Notes: generated by a model from the letters alone, not told the origin. 64,000 nt of DNA from Candidatus Binatia bacterium (GCA_963664395.2 OY761159.2:2784001-2848000), one strand, 5' to 3'; shown: positions 9,191-20,594, numbered from the stretch's first letter. Translations and numbers: made by a program.

Positions 9191-10372
9191 ATGCTGACAG
9201 AACGACGTATCCGGGACGCGAAGTCGGCACCGAAGCCAGTCACCTTGTGGGACTCGCAGGTGACTGGCCTAGGTTGCAGGGTGTTCCCGAGCGGGCGCAA
9301 GGCGTTCGTCTTGTCCTACCGGGTCGCCGGCCGGAAGCGGTTGGCGACATTGGGACGGCCCTCGGAAATGAGTTTGCAGACGGCTCGGGAGATGGCGGCC
9401 GAGGAGGTCGTGCGTATCCGCGCCGGTGAGGCGGACCCGTTGGAACGGCGGCGGCAGATGCGGGAGGCTCCGACGGTGGCCGACGCGCTGGCACGATTCT
9501 TCGACGAAGTCGCACCGGCACGGATTGAAGCGGGTCGTATGACGCGGCGCACCGTAGACGAGTATCGGCGGCAAGCGCGACGGTACGTCGAACCTGTGCT
9601 TGGGTCCCTCCAGGTGGCGCGCGTGACCCGCGGCGACATTGAGAGAGTCGCGGCGACATTAGCCAAGACGCGGGTGTTGCGTAACCGGGTACTGGCGTTC
9701 CTGTCGAGGGTCTTCACCCTGGCCGAGCTTTGGGAATGGCGGCCGCAACAGACAAATCCGGTTCGGGGGGTCGAACGGGCAAGAGAGGAGGCCCGTGATC
9801 GTGTACTCGCGACATCCGAACTGTACGCCTTAAGTGCAGCCCTCAAGGCGCTGGAAAAGGTGAACCCGTTTCCGGTTGCCGCGATCCGGGTGGCGGCCAT
9901 GACCGGACTCCGGATTTCGGAAATCCTTTTGATGAAATGGGAAAACATCGATTTCGAGACCGGCCGCGTGGTGCTGCCGGCGACGAAAACCGGGAGGCGC
10001 ATTGCGCCGCTCGCTGCTCCGGTTCTTGAGCTGCTGGAGCGGCTCCCGCGCATCAACGGAAACCCGTGGGTATTCGCCGCAGGGCGGGGAGCGGCTACGA
10101 CGTACCGGACGGCGCGGGCTGTCTTCGCTGAGGCGGCCACGGCTGCGGGGCTCCCGGACGTGCGGCTGCACGATCTGCGGCGCTCGCTGGCCACTCGTCT
10201 GGCTGGAGCCGGAGTCAACGCCTACGTGCTGAGGGACGTGCTCGGCCACAAAACCTTGACGATGGCCAACAGGTATGTCCAGGTGGCCAGCGATGCCCTG
10301 ACCAATGCCACCGAGAAGGCTGCCGCGCTCACGGCCGCCGCGATGGCCGGGGAACAGCCAGCCAAAACATAA
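9191..10372 (+). CDS. Tyrosine recombinase/integrase with arm-binding domain
   Basis: RBS ggagg then ATG at 9191; WDSQVTGLGCRV arm domain; TGLRISE, KTG, HDLRRS, LGHK...RY catalytic residues. Confidence 0.95.
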   Translation: MLTERRIRDAKSAPKPVTLWDSQVTGLGCRVFPSGRKAFVLSYRVAGRKRLATLGRPSEMSLQTAREMAAEEVVRIRAGEADPLERRRQMREAPTVADALARFFDEVAPARIEAGRMTRRTVDEYRRQARRYVEPVLGSLQVARVTRGDIERVAATLAKTRVLRNRVLAFLSRVFTLAELWEWRPQQTNPVRGVERAREEARDRVLATSELYALSAALKALEKVNPFPVAAIRVAAMTGLRISEILLMKWENIDFETGRVVLPATKTGRRIAPLAAPVLELLERLPRINGNPWVFAAGRGAATTYRTARAVFAEAATAAGLPDVRLHDLRRSLATRLAGAGVNAYVLRDVLGHKTLTMANRYVQVASDALTNATEKAAALTAAAMAGEQPAKT

Positions 10373-10477
10373 GGGAGGACCGTCATGGATAAGAAGACTC
10401 CGCTATGGCAATTGACTGAGGCCGAAGGTACGGCGATCTGGCTTGAAATGATTTGGGCTCCAGATGCACTCGAACAT

Positions 10478-10710
10478 GAGCGCTCCCCAATTGGAAGGAG
10501 CGCCTTCGAGGCTCCCGTTTAAAGGTTTGGCGGAAAGCGCGGAGAGCCGCATCACCCATATAGAGACACAGATTGAGTCTCGTGCCACTAAGGAAGACCT
10601 TAACTCAAAGTGTGGATTCTGGGTGGAGTAGCGGCAGCAGGATTGGCAATTGTCGTGGTGGCTCTCGGAGCGTTCTTCAGGGAAAGATTTAGAGGGGACG
10701 GAGCCCTTAA
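10478..10710 (+). pseudogene. Frameshifted small coiled-coil/membrane protein gene
   Basis: ESRITHIETQIESRATKEDL continues in another frame as LKVWILGGVAAAGLAIVVVALGAF. Confidence 0.35.
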
Positions 10711-10974
10711 CCTCAGAAGAGATACAATGGATTCGGGAATTTCGACAGGGGTGGGGAGATTATAAAAGAGAGTCGGCTGAGTCGGCTGAGTCGGCTGCAC
10801 GGCGGCTGGCTCTTAGGCGTAAGGTTGGCGCTTTCATTAGCGGGGATTTGGCGAAATGCTCTTGATAATCTCGTTTATGCCGTCCTCAAATCCTTCGCTG
10901 TACAACGGACTGTATGTGGAATCCAGAAATCGTCGAGGCATTGCGGGAACGGGACATCTTCGTGGAAGAGAACT

Positions 10975-11137
10975 GCGCCCGACTACGAGAAGCGTTAGAG
11001 CGCTCGGCATAGCGAACGCGCTTTTCTCTTCCCCAATCGTCAATTACGCCTTTCCCCCCAAAATTTACTATATCCAGGTATGAATAGAAAAAATGCAGGC
11101 TCCCTGTGGCCTGCGGATAGCGTGGTAAATAATTCCC
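10975..11137. mobile_element. Orphan end of IS1595-derived cassette family
   Basis: ...ctgtggcctgcggatagcgtggtaaataattccc, an inverted homolog of 12489-12650 including gcgttagagcgctcggcatagc. Confidence 0.8.
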
Positions 11138-11150
11138 ACGAAAAACAGGG

Positions 11151-11364
11151 ATGGGCCATATTCGACGAAAACAAACTCTACCTGACCGATGATCCGGCGC
11201 TAGCGGCGCTCGGACCATACAGCACGCTGGCGCATTGGCGGTCGGAAGGCCGAGGGCCGGCGTTCATCAAGCTCGGCAGCCGTGTTGCCTATTCGGGCCG
11301 AGATCTCAATGAGTGGCTTGAGACGCGAACCGTGCGGCCCATGAGCGAAGGGCGGCAGGGATGA
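11151..11364 (+). CDS. AlpA/excisionase-like HTH protein (start apparently frameshifted)
   Basis: STLAHWRSEGRGPAFIKLGSRVAYSGRDLNEWLE. atgggccata would read MAIFDEN with one G fewer. Confidence 0.75.
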
Positions 11365-12706
11365 CCGCGCTCCGGGCCTTGGAGCAACGCGGGGGTCACT
11401 TTGTGTTGGCCGCTTCTGACAAGTCTCCAGTTTCCAAGGGATGGCAACGCAACCGTCCATCGTTCGAGGAAGTCGAACGCCATGCTACGGGCGGCGGGCT
11501 TGTGGGCGTGATACCGGTCTCTCTGGGTACTCTGGTGGTCGATGTTGACCAGGGCGGTGATGCTGGCGTGGCCGAAGCGGTCAAGGTTCTCGGTCAACCG
11601 ATTGTACAAACCAGGACCCGGCGCGATGGCGGCGCTCACCTGTGGTACCGTGCGGCCGGCGAGGTGCCGAACCGGAAGTGGGAACGCGGCGACGTGCGCG
11701 GCAGTGCGGGTTACGTGATCCTGTGGGAACCGGATCGGGTTCTAGCCGGGCTTGAAGCGGCCTACGCTTCGGCGGCACCGGTTAGTGCGGCTGACCTGAA
11801 TCGACTGGCTAGGACACCAGCCGGGCCGATTGGACCGCAGACGGTTAGGGCGGCAGCTCCCGGTACGCGAAATGACACGCTCAACCGCGTTGTCTACCAC
11901 GCGTCAAAGCGTGGTGAGAGGGACCTTGAACCGTACCGGGAAGCCTCTCTTGCCACCGGCCTTGCGTCGCGTGAGGTAGACGCCACGGTTGCGAGTGCGG
12001 CGCAAGCTGGCAAGGCGGGGGCGGCCGATGACGCACTATCTGAAGGAGCTTTTGCCCGAGAATGGGCGGCTAGCAACGGGCCAGACAAGTACCTCTACGC
12101 GGCTGGCGAAGGCTGGCTCTGCTTCGAGGACGGTTGCTGGCGTGAGGGTGAATGCGCGGCTCGTGCGTCGATGGCCAAGCACATCCGTGCGAGAGTCGAA
12201 GGAACAAAAGGGGCAAAGCGTTTTGATTGTCATCGTGTGGTTACGGGCGCACTCGCGATGGCGACATACGAGCGGACGGTCGCCGGAGATTCCTTTGATG
12301 CGAACTCACTCTTCGTCCCCTTCCCGAACGGAACGATCCTCGACGTGAAACCTTGGCTACAGATTGAGATGAGACCCGAGCATCGGGTCCGCAAGACACT
12401 CGACGTGGTGCCGCACACAGAGCCGTCGAAAGTCTGGATTCGATTCATCAACGAAACGCTATCTCACTACCAGCCGGGCGACCGCGAGGGGAATTATATA
12501 CCACGTTACCCGCAGGCCACAGGCAGCAGACATTCTTCTTGCACATACTCTCTATATAGTAAAAATTGGGCGAAGATAGTAATTGACGGTGTGGGAAAGA
12601 TAGAAAGCGAGTCCGCTATGCCGAGCGCTCTAACGCCTCTCGAAGACGAGCACTCTGTTCCTGCAATCCTTATGTGAGGAGGGCCGCTAAGACCCTCCTT
12701 TTTTAT

Positions 12707-12946
12707 TCAAGCTGCTGCCTTACGCCAGCGGCGTTGTATGGTGTAGAGCGGAATTCCGCCTGGAGACAGAGGAGACTGGTCGAACAACTCTCGGTTCTTC
12801 TCAATATAAGCTTGCACTGTTCCAAGCGTCAAATTGGCCTCCCTAGAAATGCCGCCTAGGGAACGCCATTGAAAATTCGTGTGCTCGATGGCAGCAAAAA
12901 TTTGTCCCCCAATCGGGTCCCCAATGAACAGAGGTGGTGCACTCAT
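12707..12946 (-). CDS. Small hypothetical protein (winged-helix-like)
   Basis: IFAAIEHTNFQWRSLGGISREANLT; ATGA-coupled to the upstream ORF. Confidence 0.6.
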   Translation of the reverse strand: MSAPPLFIGDPIGGQIFAAIEHTNFQWRSLGGISREANLTLGTVQAYIEKNRELFDQSPLSPGGIPLYTIQRRWRKAAA

Positions 12947-13293
12947 AAATCTCCCTCCTGTACGCCAGAAGGAGGCGCTGAGGCCGACGCTAATGTGTCC
13001 AAAACTAAATCCTCAACGGCATCCTTGAATCCAGCGCTTGTAAGGATATCCTGAAGGGTTGTAACATCTTTCTGAAGATTATCGGGTCGAGAGAAGGTGA
13101 TCCAGGCCACCAGACCTACGACCACCAAAAACACGAACACCATCATCCCAATCGCAATCAACCTATGGAGTGAGTCTAGCTCGTTGGTGACAGTAATTAC
13201 CCCAATACTCGACTCGACAATCAACAGGGCTAACGCAAAAAATTTTAGGGGCGAACTGACTCCTCTGAGGATGTCAACAATGCGACGCTCCAC
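12943..13293 (-). CDS. Two-TM hypothetical membrane protein
   Basis: SPLKFFALALLIVES and IAIGMMVFVFLVVVGLVAWITF hydrophobic segments. Confidence 0.65.
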   Translation of the reverse strand: MERRIVDILRGVSSPLKFFALALLIVESSIGVITVTNELDSLHRLIAIGMMVFVFLVVVGLVAWITFSRPDNLQKDVTTLQDILTSAGFKDAVEDLVLDTLASASAPPSGVQEGDL

Positions 13294-13387
13294 TCATCCC
13301 CCTTATTAGCTCAATGTATAGAAGAGGTTCAGCAAAAAAGTCAAGGATGGTCTCTTGACCCGCCGCCCACAGCCAACGAACACCATG

Positions 13388-14596
13388 TCACCTGACATCA
13401 GTAATCACAAAGTTCTGGATCGTCTCCAGCCACTCCAGCGTGACCGTCTCGCCCGGACTCGGAAAGTCCCCCACAACACAACTCCCAGCCGTGTCCTCCA
13501 AAAACTCCTCCCCCAAGGTCGTCACCCGCACCGTGGCCCGGCCTAACTCCATGTCGTCCACATAGGCTACGACGGTATGGACCCCATCGCCTATCTGGTT
13601 CCAGTTGACTAAGAACCCAAAGCCGTTGTCCGTATCGCCACACATCGCCTCCGTGTCGGCCCGCTCCGTGCCATACGCGGCCTCCTGACTGATCGTTCTC
13701 CCATCTGCGGTTTCTATGACAATTTCGACCACCTCGGCCTCGCACGCCCAGCCCGAGATGACCCCAATCCCACTCTGAAACGAGTTGGGGCTCGGGTTCT
13801 CCATATATCCCACTACTGCCCCCGACGTGCCATTGATTCCCACCGGGGCGGCCCCGCTTGCAATCACGAAATTCTGACTGCTCCGCTGCCACACCAGTGT
13901 CGTCGTCAGGCCCAGCTGCGGAAAGTCTGCCAACCGACACTCCCCGGCCACGCCTCGCACAAACCCTTCGCCCAACGTGGTCACCGTTACGGTCGCTCGA
14001 CCAAACTCTACCCCATCGGCTAGTGCTACAACCGTGTGCCCCCCATCCCCCAACAGACTCCAGTTGAAGAGGACGCTAAAGGCATTGTTCGTGTCCTCAC
14101 ACGCCTCTATGGTGCTCAATAGCTCGGTCCCATACGCCGCCCTGAGCCGCTGCCCATCTATCTCGATCTCCACTCGTTCGATCTCTCCGTTGCCGGTCCG
14201 ACAGACCCAGCCCCAAATCGGTCCAATCCCGCTCTGGAAGGAGGCCGGGCCAGGATTCTCTAGGGACCCCACCACGGTTTCGATCACCACGGTCACCGTC
14301 ACGGTCGCTCGATCAAACTCTACCCCATCGGCCAGTGCCACCACCGTGTGCTCCCCGTCCCCCAACTGATTCCAGTTGAAGGAGAGGCTAAAGCCATTAT
14401 GCGTGCCCTCACACGCCTCTGTGCTCAAGAGCGAGGGTATCATCCCATACGTCGCTATGTACCGCTGCCCGTCTATCTCGATCTCCACGCGCTCGATCTC
14501 TCCGTGGTCGGTCCGACAGACCCAGCCGAAAATGGGTCCGGTCCCGCTCTGGAATGTATCTGGACTCGGGCTCTCCAGGGACCCAACCACTACCAT
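13388..14596 (-). CDS. Protein made only of the shared GxLENPG...GWVC...CGDTDNGF domain (about 3 copies)
   Basis: Three homologous repeats, the first truncated; no signal peptide; lies inside the IS1595-derived cassette. Confidence 0.8.
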   Translation of the reverse strand: MVVVGSLESPSPDTFQSGTGPIFGWVCRTDHGEIERVEIEIDGQRYIATYGMIPSLLSTEACEGTHNGFSLSFNWNQLGDGEHTVVALADGVEFDRATVTVTVVIETVVGSLENPGPASFQSGIGPIWGWVCRTGNGEIERVEIEIDGQRLRAAYGTELLSTIEACEDTNNAFSVLFNWSLLGDGGHTVVALADGVEFGRATVTVTTLGEGFVRGVAGECRLADFPQLGLTTTLVWQRSSQNFVIASGAAPVGINGTSGAVVGYMENPSPNSFQSGIGVISGWACEAEVVEIVIETADGRTISQEAAYGTERADTEAMCGDTDNGFGFLVNWNQIGDGVHTVVAYVDDMELGRATVRVTTLGEEFLEDTAGSCVVGDFPSPGETVTLEWLETIQNFVITDVR

Positions 14597-14709
14597 AAGA
14601 ATAATAAATCGTCCGTAAGGGACCGCCTACAGGAGGAAAGTGACATCATCGGGGGGAACCCCGAGTGCAAAGCCTCCCGTGGCGGCTGTAATGGAACGGA
14701 CCCCTAGGC

Positions 14710-14919
14710 TTACTCCCACTTCTTTGCAGGGATCGGCTTGATTTGTCCACGTTCCACAAGGGCGTCGTGGAACTTTATCAGCCGACCTGTAATGAGGCAA
14801 TTAACCTCGGATCGTGTCATGTGCAGGCTGCTCTCCTTCGGTTCTTCGTGAGGCTCCGTACCGTTGTCAATCCTCTCTTGTACCAAATCTCTCATTTCCT
14901 GTAGCTTTTTTTCTTCCAT
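14710..14919 (-). CDS. Small conserved cassette-end protein
   Basis: MTRSEVNCLITGRLIKFHDALVERGQIKPI; paralog of 47581-47790. Confidence 0.75.
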   Translation of the reverse strand: MEEKKLQEMRDLVQERIDNGTEPHEEPKESSLHMTRSEVNCLITGRLIKFHDALVERGQIKPIPAKKWE

Positions 14920-15860
14920 TCTTTACTCCCTTAGCACTGTAAGCGTCTGGTTCTTGCGGCTTTTTGATAAGAAATAACGCTGCGCTACGGGGGGTGAAAG
15001 ATTTCTTTTGTATTTTGGCCTGCGGGTAAATTGGTATATAATTCCCACCGCGAGGCAGTAGCGGGCTACTTACAGGAATGGTGCGGGGTAGCGCTCACCG
15101 GCGATTGCCGGGACGAGGCATGCATCTTCGCGTGGGGCGATCCGGGTTCTGGCAAATCAACATTTTCCGAGACGCTGTTGGCAGTAGCCGGGACGTTCGG
15201 GACGACCATCGGCAATGGCTCGCCGGTCTCCAAGGCAAACGCCTCGTTGTCGTCAACGAGCTTCCAGAACGCGGCCGGTGGCATTCGGACGATCTCAATC
15301 TGCTGATCGACGGAGGGCTAATCGAGGCTAACCGGATGCGCCAGAACTCCGCCGTCTTTGCATCACGAGCACACCTGCTTATAGCCAGTAACCATCGACC
15401 TTCTGCTCCGGCCGCGTCCGGCCTGTGGCGCCGGCTACGAATAGTTGAATTCCGCAACCGACCGACCGTGGTGGATAGGGGGCTCAAGCGTCGGTTAAAG
15501 GAAGACCTTCCGGGCGTGCTCGCATGGATGCTGCAAGGGCTACGGAGATGGAAGGAGCGTGGTCGGTTGCCAGACGTACCCGCGCTGATGGCGTGAGGCG
15601 TTGAGCGATACCGGCAGGCGGCAGACCCGATCTCGCGGTTCGTGGTTGAACGCACCGAGCCGGACGCCAAGGCGTCGATTGAGGTCGCCACGCTATACAA
15701 TGCCTTTAATTCGTGGTGGCGGGCGGAAGTCGATGACAGGGTGCCAAGCAAGAAAGCGCTTGGGCAGGCTCTCGACGAGATGGGGTGGCTGCCAGCGGTC
15801 GTACGACGGGGGAGTAGGCATCGGGTCGGCCACCGCTTGCGATGTGCAACGTGACAACGC

Positions 15861-16142
15861 GTGTTACGCGTTGTCCGGTATAGACGACTCACGCGCGTGC
15901 GTGAGGGACGGAAACAGGGGAAATACGTAACATACGTTGTCACGTTGCGAATGAACAAACCTAGGGAGGCTGGGCGCGCGGGGCTAGAGCAGTTTTCATG
16001 GTGGTGTAGCGAGGCGATAGCCGGCGTGGCGGAAGTAGTTGGCGCACTCGGCGGGGGAGAAGACCGGGAGGGCATGGCCGATGTCGTTATGGAAGCACTC
16101 GCTGAAAAATACGAGCTAGAGGTTGTAGCGTACGAGCCGTGA
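15861..16142 (+). CDS. Hypothetical protein downstream of primase
   Basis: ORF in the satellite core; start uncertain. Confidence 0.4.
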   Translation: MLRVVRYRRLTRVREGRKQGKYVTYVVTLRMNKPREAGRAGLEQFSWWCSEAIAGVAEVVGALGGGEDREGMADVVMEALAEKYELEVVAYEP

Positions 16143-16184
16143 TCCCTATTCCCCGGCTGGCGAAAGTCAAAAATAACCGGGGAT

Positions 16185-16445
16185 ACGTTGCCCGAAGGAA
16201 TACTCAAAGACTCGCCAGAAAAAGCAACCCAGGTCGCCGAAGAACTAACAAACGTCGCCAATCAGAAAGCACATGCACGACGTATTCATGCCCAAGACCT
16301 GAAAAACATGGGATTGGTCATCAAGGACCTTAAAGAGAACGATGACCTTCAAGAAGCAGTTTTATCCGTTCACCACGCTTTCATGATTGCTCTCTCCAAT
16401 TTCTGTCGGGTGCATGAGTCACTGCGCGTGACACCAGCACTGGAA
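16185..16445 (+). pseudogene. Chimeric remnant: ClpP-like (SDH) protease C-terminus joined to IS1-type transposase tail
   Basis: KAHARRIHAQDLKNMGLVIKDLKENDDLQEAVLSVHHAFMI followed directly by NFCRVHESLRVTPA. Confidence 0.55.
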
Positions 16446-16724
16446 CCAAGTCCCGCCGATTGATCCGTTCCCACAGTTACGGGAGACCCACCGTCTGCAT
16501 AAACTCAACGTCCTGCGCGGCAGTGGACGTATCCGGTAAGGCTGACCAAATGAGGAGAATACTATATTTGACTCACCAAGCGAGACCCGCGCTTCCTTCA
16601 ATGAGGCCGTTCGCTTTGAAATTAAGCGGTTTGGCTTCCAATGCGGACAGGGCCAGCTCCTCAAGATGGCGGGAGCCCTCTACCGTTAGCTGGTAGGTTC
16701 TGAAATTCTCAACTTTGGTCCAGG

Positions 16725-16745
16725 CAAGTACAGTATATAACTCCC
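16725..16745. mobile_element. IS1595-like terminus abutting a REP-like hairpin
   Basis: cagtatataactccc followed by ccttgggaggg...gcagggccggggtggg. Confidence 0.55.
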
Positions 16746-16810
16746 CCTTGGGAGGGATTGTCCGCAGGGTCTGTCCTGAGCGTGTCGCAGGGCCGGGGTG
16801 GGCAGGTCCT

Positions 16811-19800
16811 CTACTCCACGTCCGTAATCACAAAGTTCTGACTATTCTGGTGCCATTCCAGGGTAACGGTCCTGCCCAGCGTCGGAAAATCCTCAACAAT
16901 ACATTCGCCTTCAACGCCCCGTAGAAACTCTTCTCCCAGGGTCGTCACCCGCACCGTGGCCTGGCCTAACTCTACGTCATCCACATAGGCCACGACTTCA
17001 TGCTCCCCATCCCCCAACAGGTTCCAGTTGAACAAGAGGCCGAACCCATTATCCGTATCCCCACACGCCGACTCCGTATCCAGCCGCTCCGTGCCATACG
17101 CCGCCGGCTGTGGCACCCCGTTCAGCGCAATCAGGACCGCGTCCCCCTCACACACTCAGCCAGAGATCACCCCAATGCCGCTCTGAAAGGAGTTGGGGCC
17201 GGGGTTCTCCAGATACCCCACATCAATCGCTCCGGCTCGGTCCGCCCCGGTCGGGGCCGTGCCGCGGGCAATCACAAAATTCTGCTGCCTCTGTTGCCAC
17301 TCCAGCGTCGCCGTCTCGCCGAGCAGGGGGAAGTCCTCCACCACACATTCGCCCGCAACGCCCCGCACGAACTCCTCGCCCAGCGTCGTCACCGTCACCG
17401 TCGTCCGGCTCAACTCCACCCCATCGACCAGGGCCACGACTTCATGCTCCCCGTCGCCCAACAGGTTCCAGTTGAACAGCAAGCCAAAGCCGTTGTCCGT
17501 ATCCCCACAGGTTTCTTCCGTGTCCGACCGCTCGGTCCCATACGCCGCCGCCTGCGGCATCCCGTTCAGCTCTATCTCCACCTCGTCGGCGGCACATACC
17601 CAGCCCGAGATGACGCCGAGGCCACTTTGAAAGGAATCGGCGCCGGGGTTCTCCAGATTGCCGATGAGTTCCGGTTCTTCTTCGGTGGTGGCGGGGCCGC
17701 CGCCCCCGCCGCCCCCGCCCCTACCGCCGGTACTGGTGCCTGTCCCCGTGCCGGTACCCGTCCCACCGCCGGTACTGGTGCCACCACCACCGCCTGGAGG
17801 GGTGGGCGGCGGTTGGGACCCCTGGCTGGTGCCGCTGCACCCCGCGACCGAAGTCTCAGGCGAGACATATGTGTAGCTGCCGTCTGAGTCCGCCTCGATC
17901 CTGTTACCCGCGAGGTCCCGGAGACCCCTGCCCACAGCCACATAGCTGATATGAAGGCTGTGGTCGAAGGACTTCGCGAGCGTCAGCGTCACCTTCGTCC
18001 CGCAGAGCTGGACCCGGTCAAAGACGATAGGCAACCGGTCAGCAGAGGTGGTTACCACAGTGAAGTTTGTCGGCAGGGGCACCCATTCGGGGTCGAGCTC
18101 CTCGTCCCAGGTGGCCACCAGCGTGTAGCCGGCGACCTCCGCTGCGACCAACTTCGGCGGGGTGACGTCCAACCCGGCCTCCTGGCCGGTGACGTTCACG
18201 ACCGGATGGTCGTCAAAAGCAGCAGCGGCATTATATGCCACATCATCGATTCCTCCGCTGCCCGTATAGTTCAGCGTCACCGTGTCGCCCGCCATCACTG
18301 CCGTGTCCAGCGTCAGGATGACCCGCGCGCCGGTGACCCGCGCTTCGGTGACCGTACCCGAGATCCCGGTGAAGCTGGTCAGGTTCAACATCCCCGATGC
18401 CAAATCCTCGTTGTAGTCCAGCGCCAGCATGTTACCGTCCACGGTCGCCCGCACCAGCTGCGGCGGTGTCCCGTCCGTCATCACGGTCGCCTTTGCGACC
18501 GCGCCTTCGTTGTGGGGCGCTGTGTCGTCGTTGATGGCCCGGACCTCGACCGTATAGGGCTGACCAGTCATGAGGTCGTGGGTGGTATGGTTTGTCGTCT
18601 GCGGAGGGACCTCCGTCCAACTCGTCCCGTCCGGTACTGTCGAGCCCTGCGCGTAGCGGTATTCGTAGCGGATAAGATCGGCATAACCGGGAGATTCCGG
18701 CGCAAGCCACTCCAGGTGCAGGGAGGTCTGGCCAGCTACTCCCCGCAAGTACCGCACGGCCGTCGGCGCGCGCCGCTGGGGTGTGGCCGTAATACGGGAC
18801 GTATTCCACGGCCCCTGATCGCTCTGCGGGCGCACGTCGAAGTAATACAGGCGGTTGTATACCGAGAAGTCGGTGATCCCAACCGAGCACGGGCACGTAC
18901 GCCTTCCCAGGGCGGTGTACGGCTTGGAATCGAGCTCGCTCTCCGAGCGGGCGTAGCGGTACTCGTAACTAGTGACCGTCGCGCCGGCGATGTTCGCCGG
19001 CGTGTCCCAACCGAGCGTGATCCCATCGCCCATCCGTTCAGCCGTCAGCTTTCGCACCACGGGGCGGAGGCGGCCGTCCACCTTGTGGTCGGCCTGCGTC
19101 CCGCGTCCAGGGTGGATGAGGTCGGCGTCCACCCCGCCCGCCTTGATCGTCCCGCCGTTCAGTTGCAACCCACGACCGGTGTCGCGCCGGTCGTAGATGA
19201 AGAGGCCGTCGGTGTCCAGGTCGATAGCCGTGACGATGTAGAGCAGGAACAGTTCCGCGCCGCTACTGTCCGCCGCGCTGTACTCGGCCTGGCGCTCCTC
19301 GTCGTCGATGCCGAACACCAGCACCGGCGCTCCGGTGACGGTCACCGCCTCGCTGAACGTCGCAGTGAACCGGATCGTCACGCCGGCGGAGTAGATGTTG
19401 CCCTCCTGGTTCGGCGTGGACATGACGGCCAGCGACTTTACCCACGGCCCGGTCCGGCTGCCGTCCACCTTGTGGCCCGATTGATTGTTTACCGCGGAGT
19501 GGGTGATAAGGGCTGCGGCGCTGTCATCGGCCGCAAGGATGGTCCCGCCATTGAGTTCCAGGGCGTCCTGAGCAATGTTGATCCCGTCGGTGTCGGCGTC
19601 GCCCGCCTGGACCGTGTAGGTGAATTTGAGTGTGCTCGTGTCACTACCGCTCTGGTAGTTGGCGTACTGCATGTTGAGGAGCGGGAGCCGCGGCGTGCCG
19701 GTGACGGTCACCGCCTCGTTGAACGTCACCGTGAACTCAATCACCCCGCCCGCCCCGTAGACGTCTTTGAGCGCCTGACTGTTGTTCGGGGGAATGCTCC

Positions 19801-20437
19801 AGCGTTGCGGCGACGACGTGACTGCGATGCCCTGAGCCACGGGGAAGGTGTTCACGAACCCCTCTATCTTCAGCGTATAGGATTTGTCGTTGCCGATCGT
19901 CCATTGCGTAGGCGTAGCCCCAGTATCATACCAGCGGTGCTTATTGTGGATGGACCAGCCGGTCATGCTCCCGCTGTCCTCGGCGTCGGTTTCGGTGGTA
20001 TCAATCCTTGGCTTGTTGCTCTGGTCGATGGTACTGGTGACGCGGATACTCACGGCGTACGTGGTGCTCGGCGCGACGTTCATTCCGCTGTGCGTGAACG
20101 TCTTGAGACCAATGGCCGAGAAGCCGTCGGTCGGCGCCGTAAACGCGGTGCAGGTCGCGTTCGGCACATCCGTCACACCATCGGCAGTTTGGACGCCGCA
20201 GACCTTCAGCTCGAAAACGTCGGTCACTTTTTCCGTCTCGATCGTGATGGCGGTGATCGAGAAGCCGGCCGTGGACGCGGTGCCCGTTGTGAACGGTTGC
20301 GCCGAGTGGGGGACCCCGATGTCCTGGGAGCCGTCGGGCACCTGATCGACATTGGACACCAGGACGCTGGCTGTCTGCGCCGCCGCCCCGGCCCACAAGA
20401 CGCATATTGCCACAGTCATCACTATCAGTCGCTTCAT
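16811..20437 (-). CDS. Large secreted modular surface protein (Ig-like x2, FN3 x2, SwmB-like x2, G/T linker, shared domain x2) with internal nonsense codon
   Basis: Signal peptide MKRLIVMTVAICVLWAGAAA; FTVTFNEAVTVTGTP repeats; YEYRY FN3 motifs; TPPQLVRATVDG. TGA at 17156-17158 replaces the conserved W of SGWVC and the frame continues to 16811. Confidence 0.85.
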
Positions 20438-20580
20438 GACGTTCACTCCTCTCATAAAGGCCCAATCCGCCCAGGCCGCCCCAGGACCAGCAGGGCACTC
20501 GCGCAGAGCAGAAATCGCTCCCACCTGTCGGCACCTGGATGAAGGCCCCTAGTCTAATGCAATGCCGTGCTCCCCGTCAC

Positions 20581-20594
20581 CTATCAAATGATAG
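20581..20594 (-). promoter_or_regulatory. Palindromic operator CTATCA-AA-TGATAG upstream of surface gene 16811-20437
   Basis: One of four copies; TAGACT -10-like hexamer 24 bp away on the minus strand. Confidence 0.75.

Larger units (their letters stand above)
12489..15046. mobile_element. Non-autonomous IS1595-derived cassette with 8-bp TSD
   Basis: Terminal IRs gggaattatatacca...tggtatataattccc. accgcgag is duplicated at 12481-12488 and 15047-15054. No transposase. Confidence 0.92.
11361..15854 (+). pseudogene. Prim-Pol / D5-like SF3 primase-helicase, interrupted by a cassette, a frameshift and a stop
   Basis: N-terminal LVVDVD, GAHLWY and GTRNDTLN. After the 12489-15046 insert it resumes in frame (DRE|AVAGYLQEW...GDPGSGKST). 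Frameshift near 15205 (to LVVVNE, ASNHRP, WRRLRIVEF) and in-frame TGA at 15594. Confidence 0.88.

Noticed and set aside
10771-10797. agtcggctg x3 microsatellite as iterons
   Set aside because: Short, in a degraded region and not next to the primase origin side; no support for a function.
15594-17158. TGA recoded as Trp or Sec (in-frame TGA at 15594 and 17156)
   Set aside because: Core genes such as thiE, the AOR and the FDH alpha gene end in TGA, and paralogs use TGG. Nonsense mutation is the simpler explanation.
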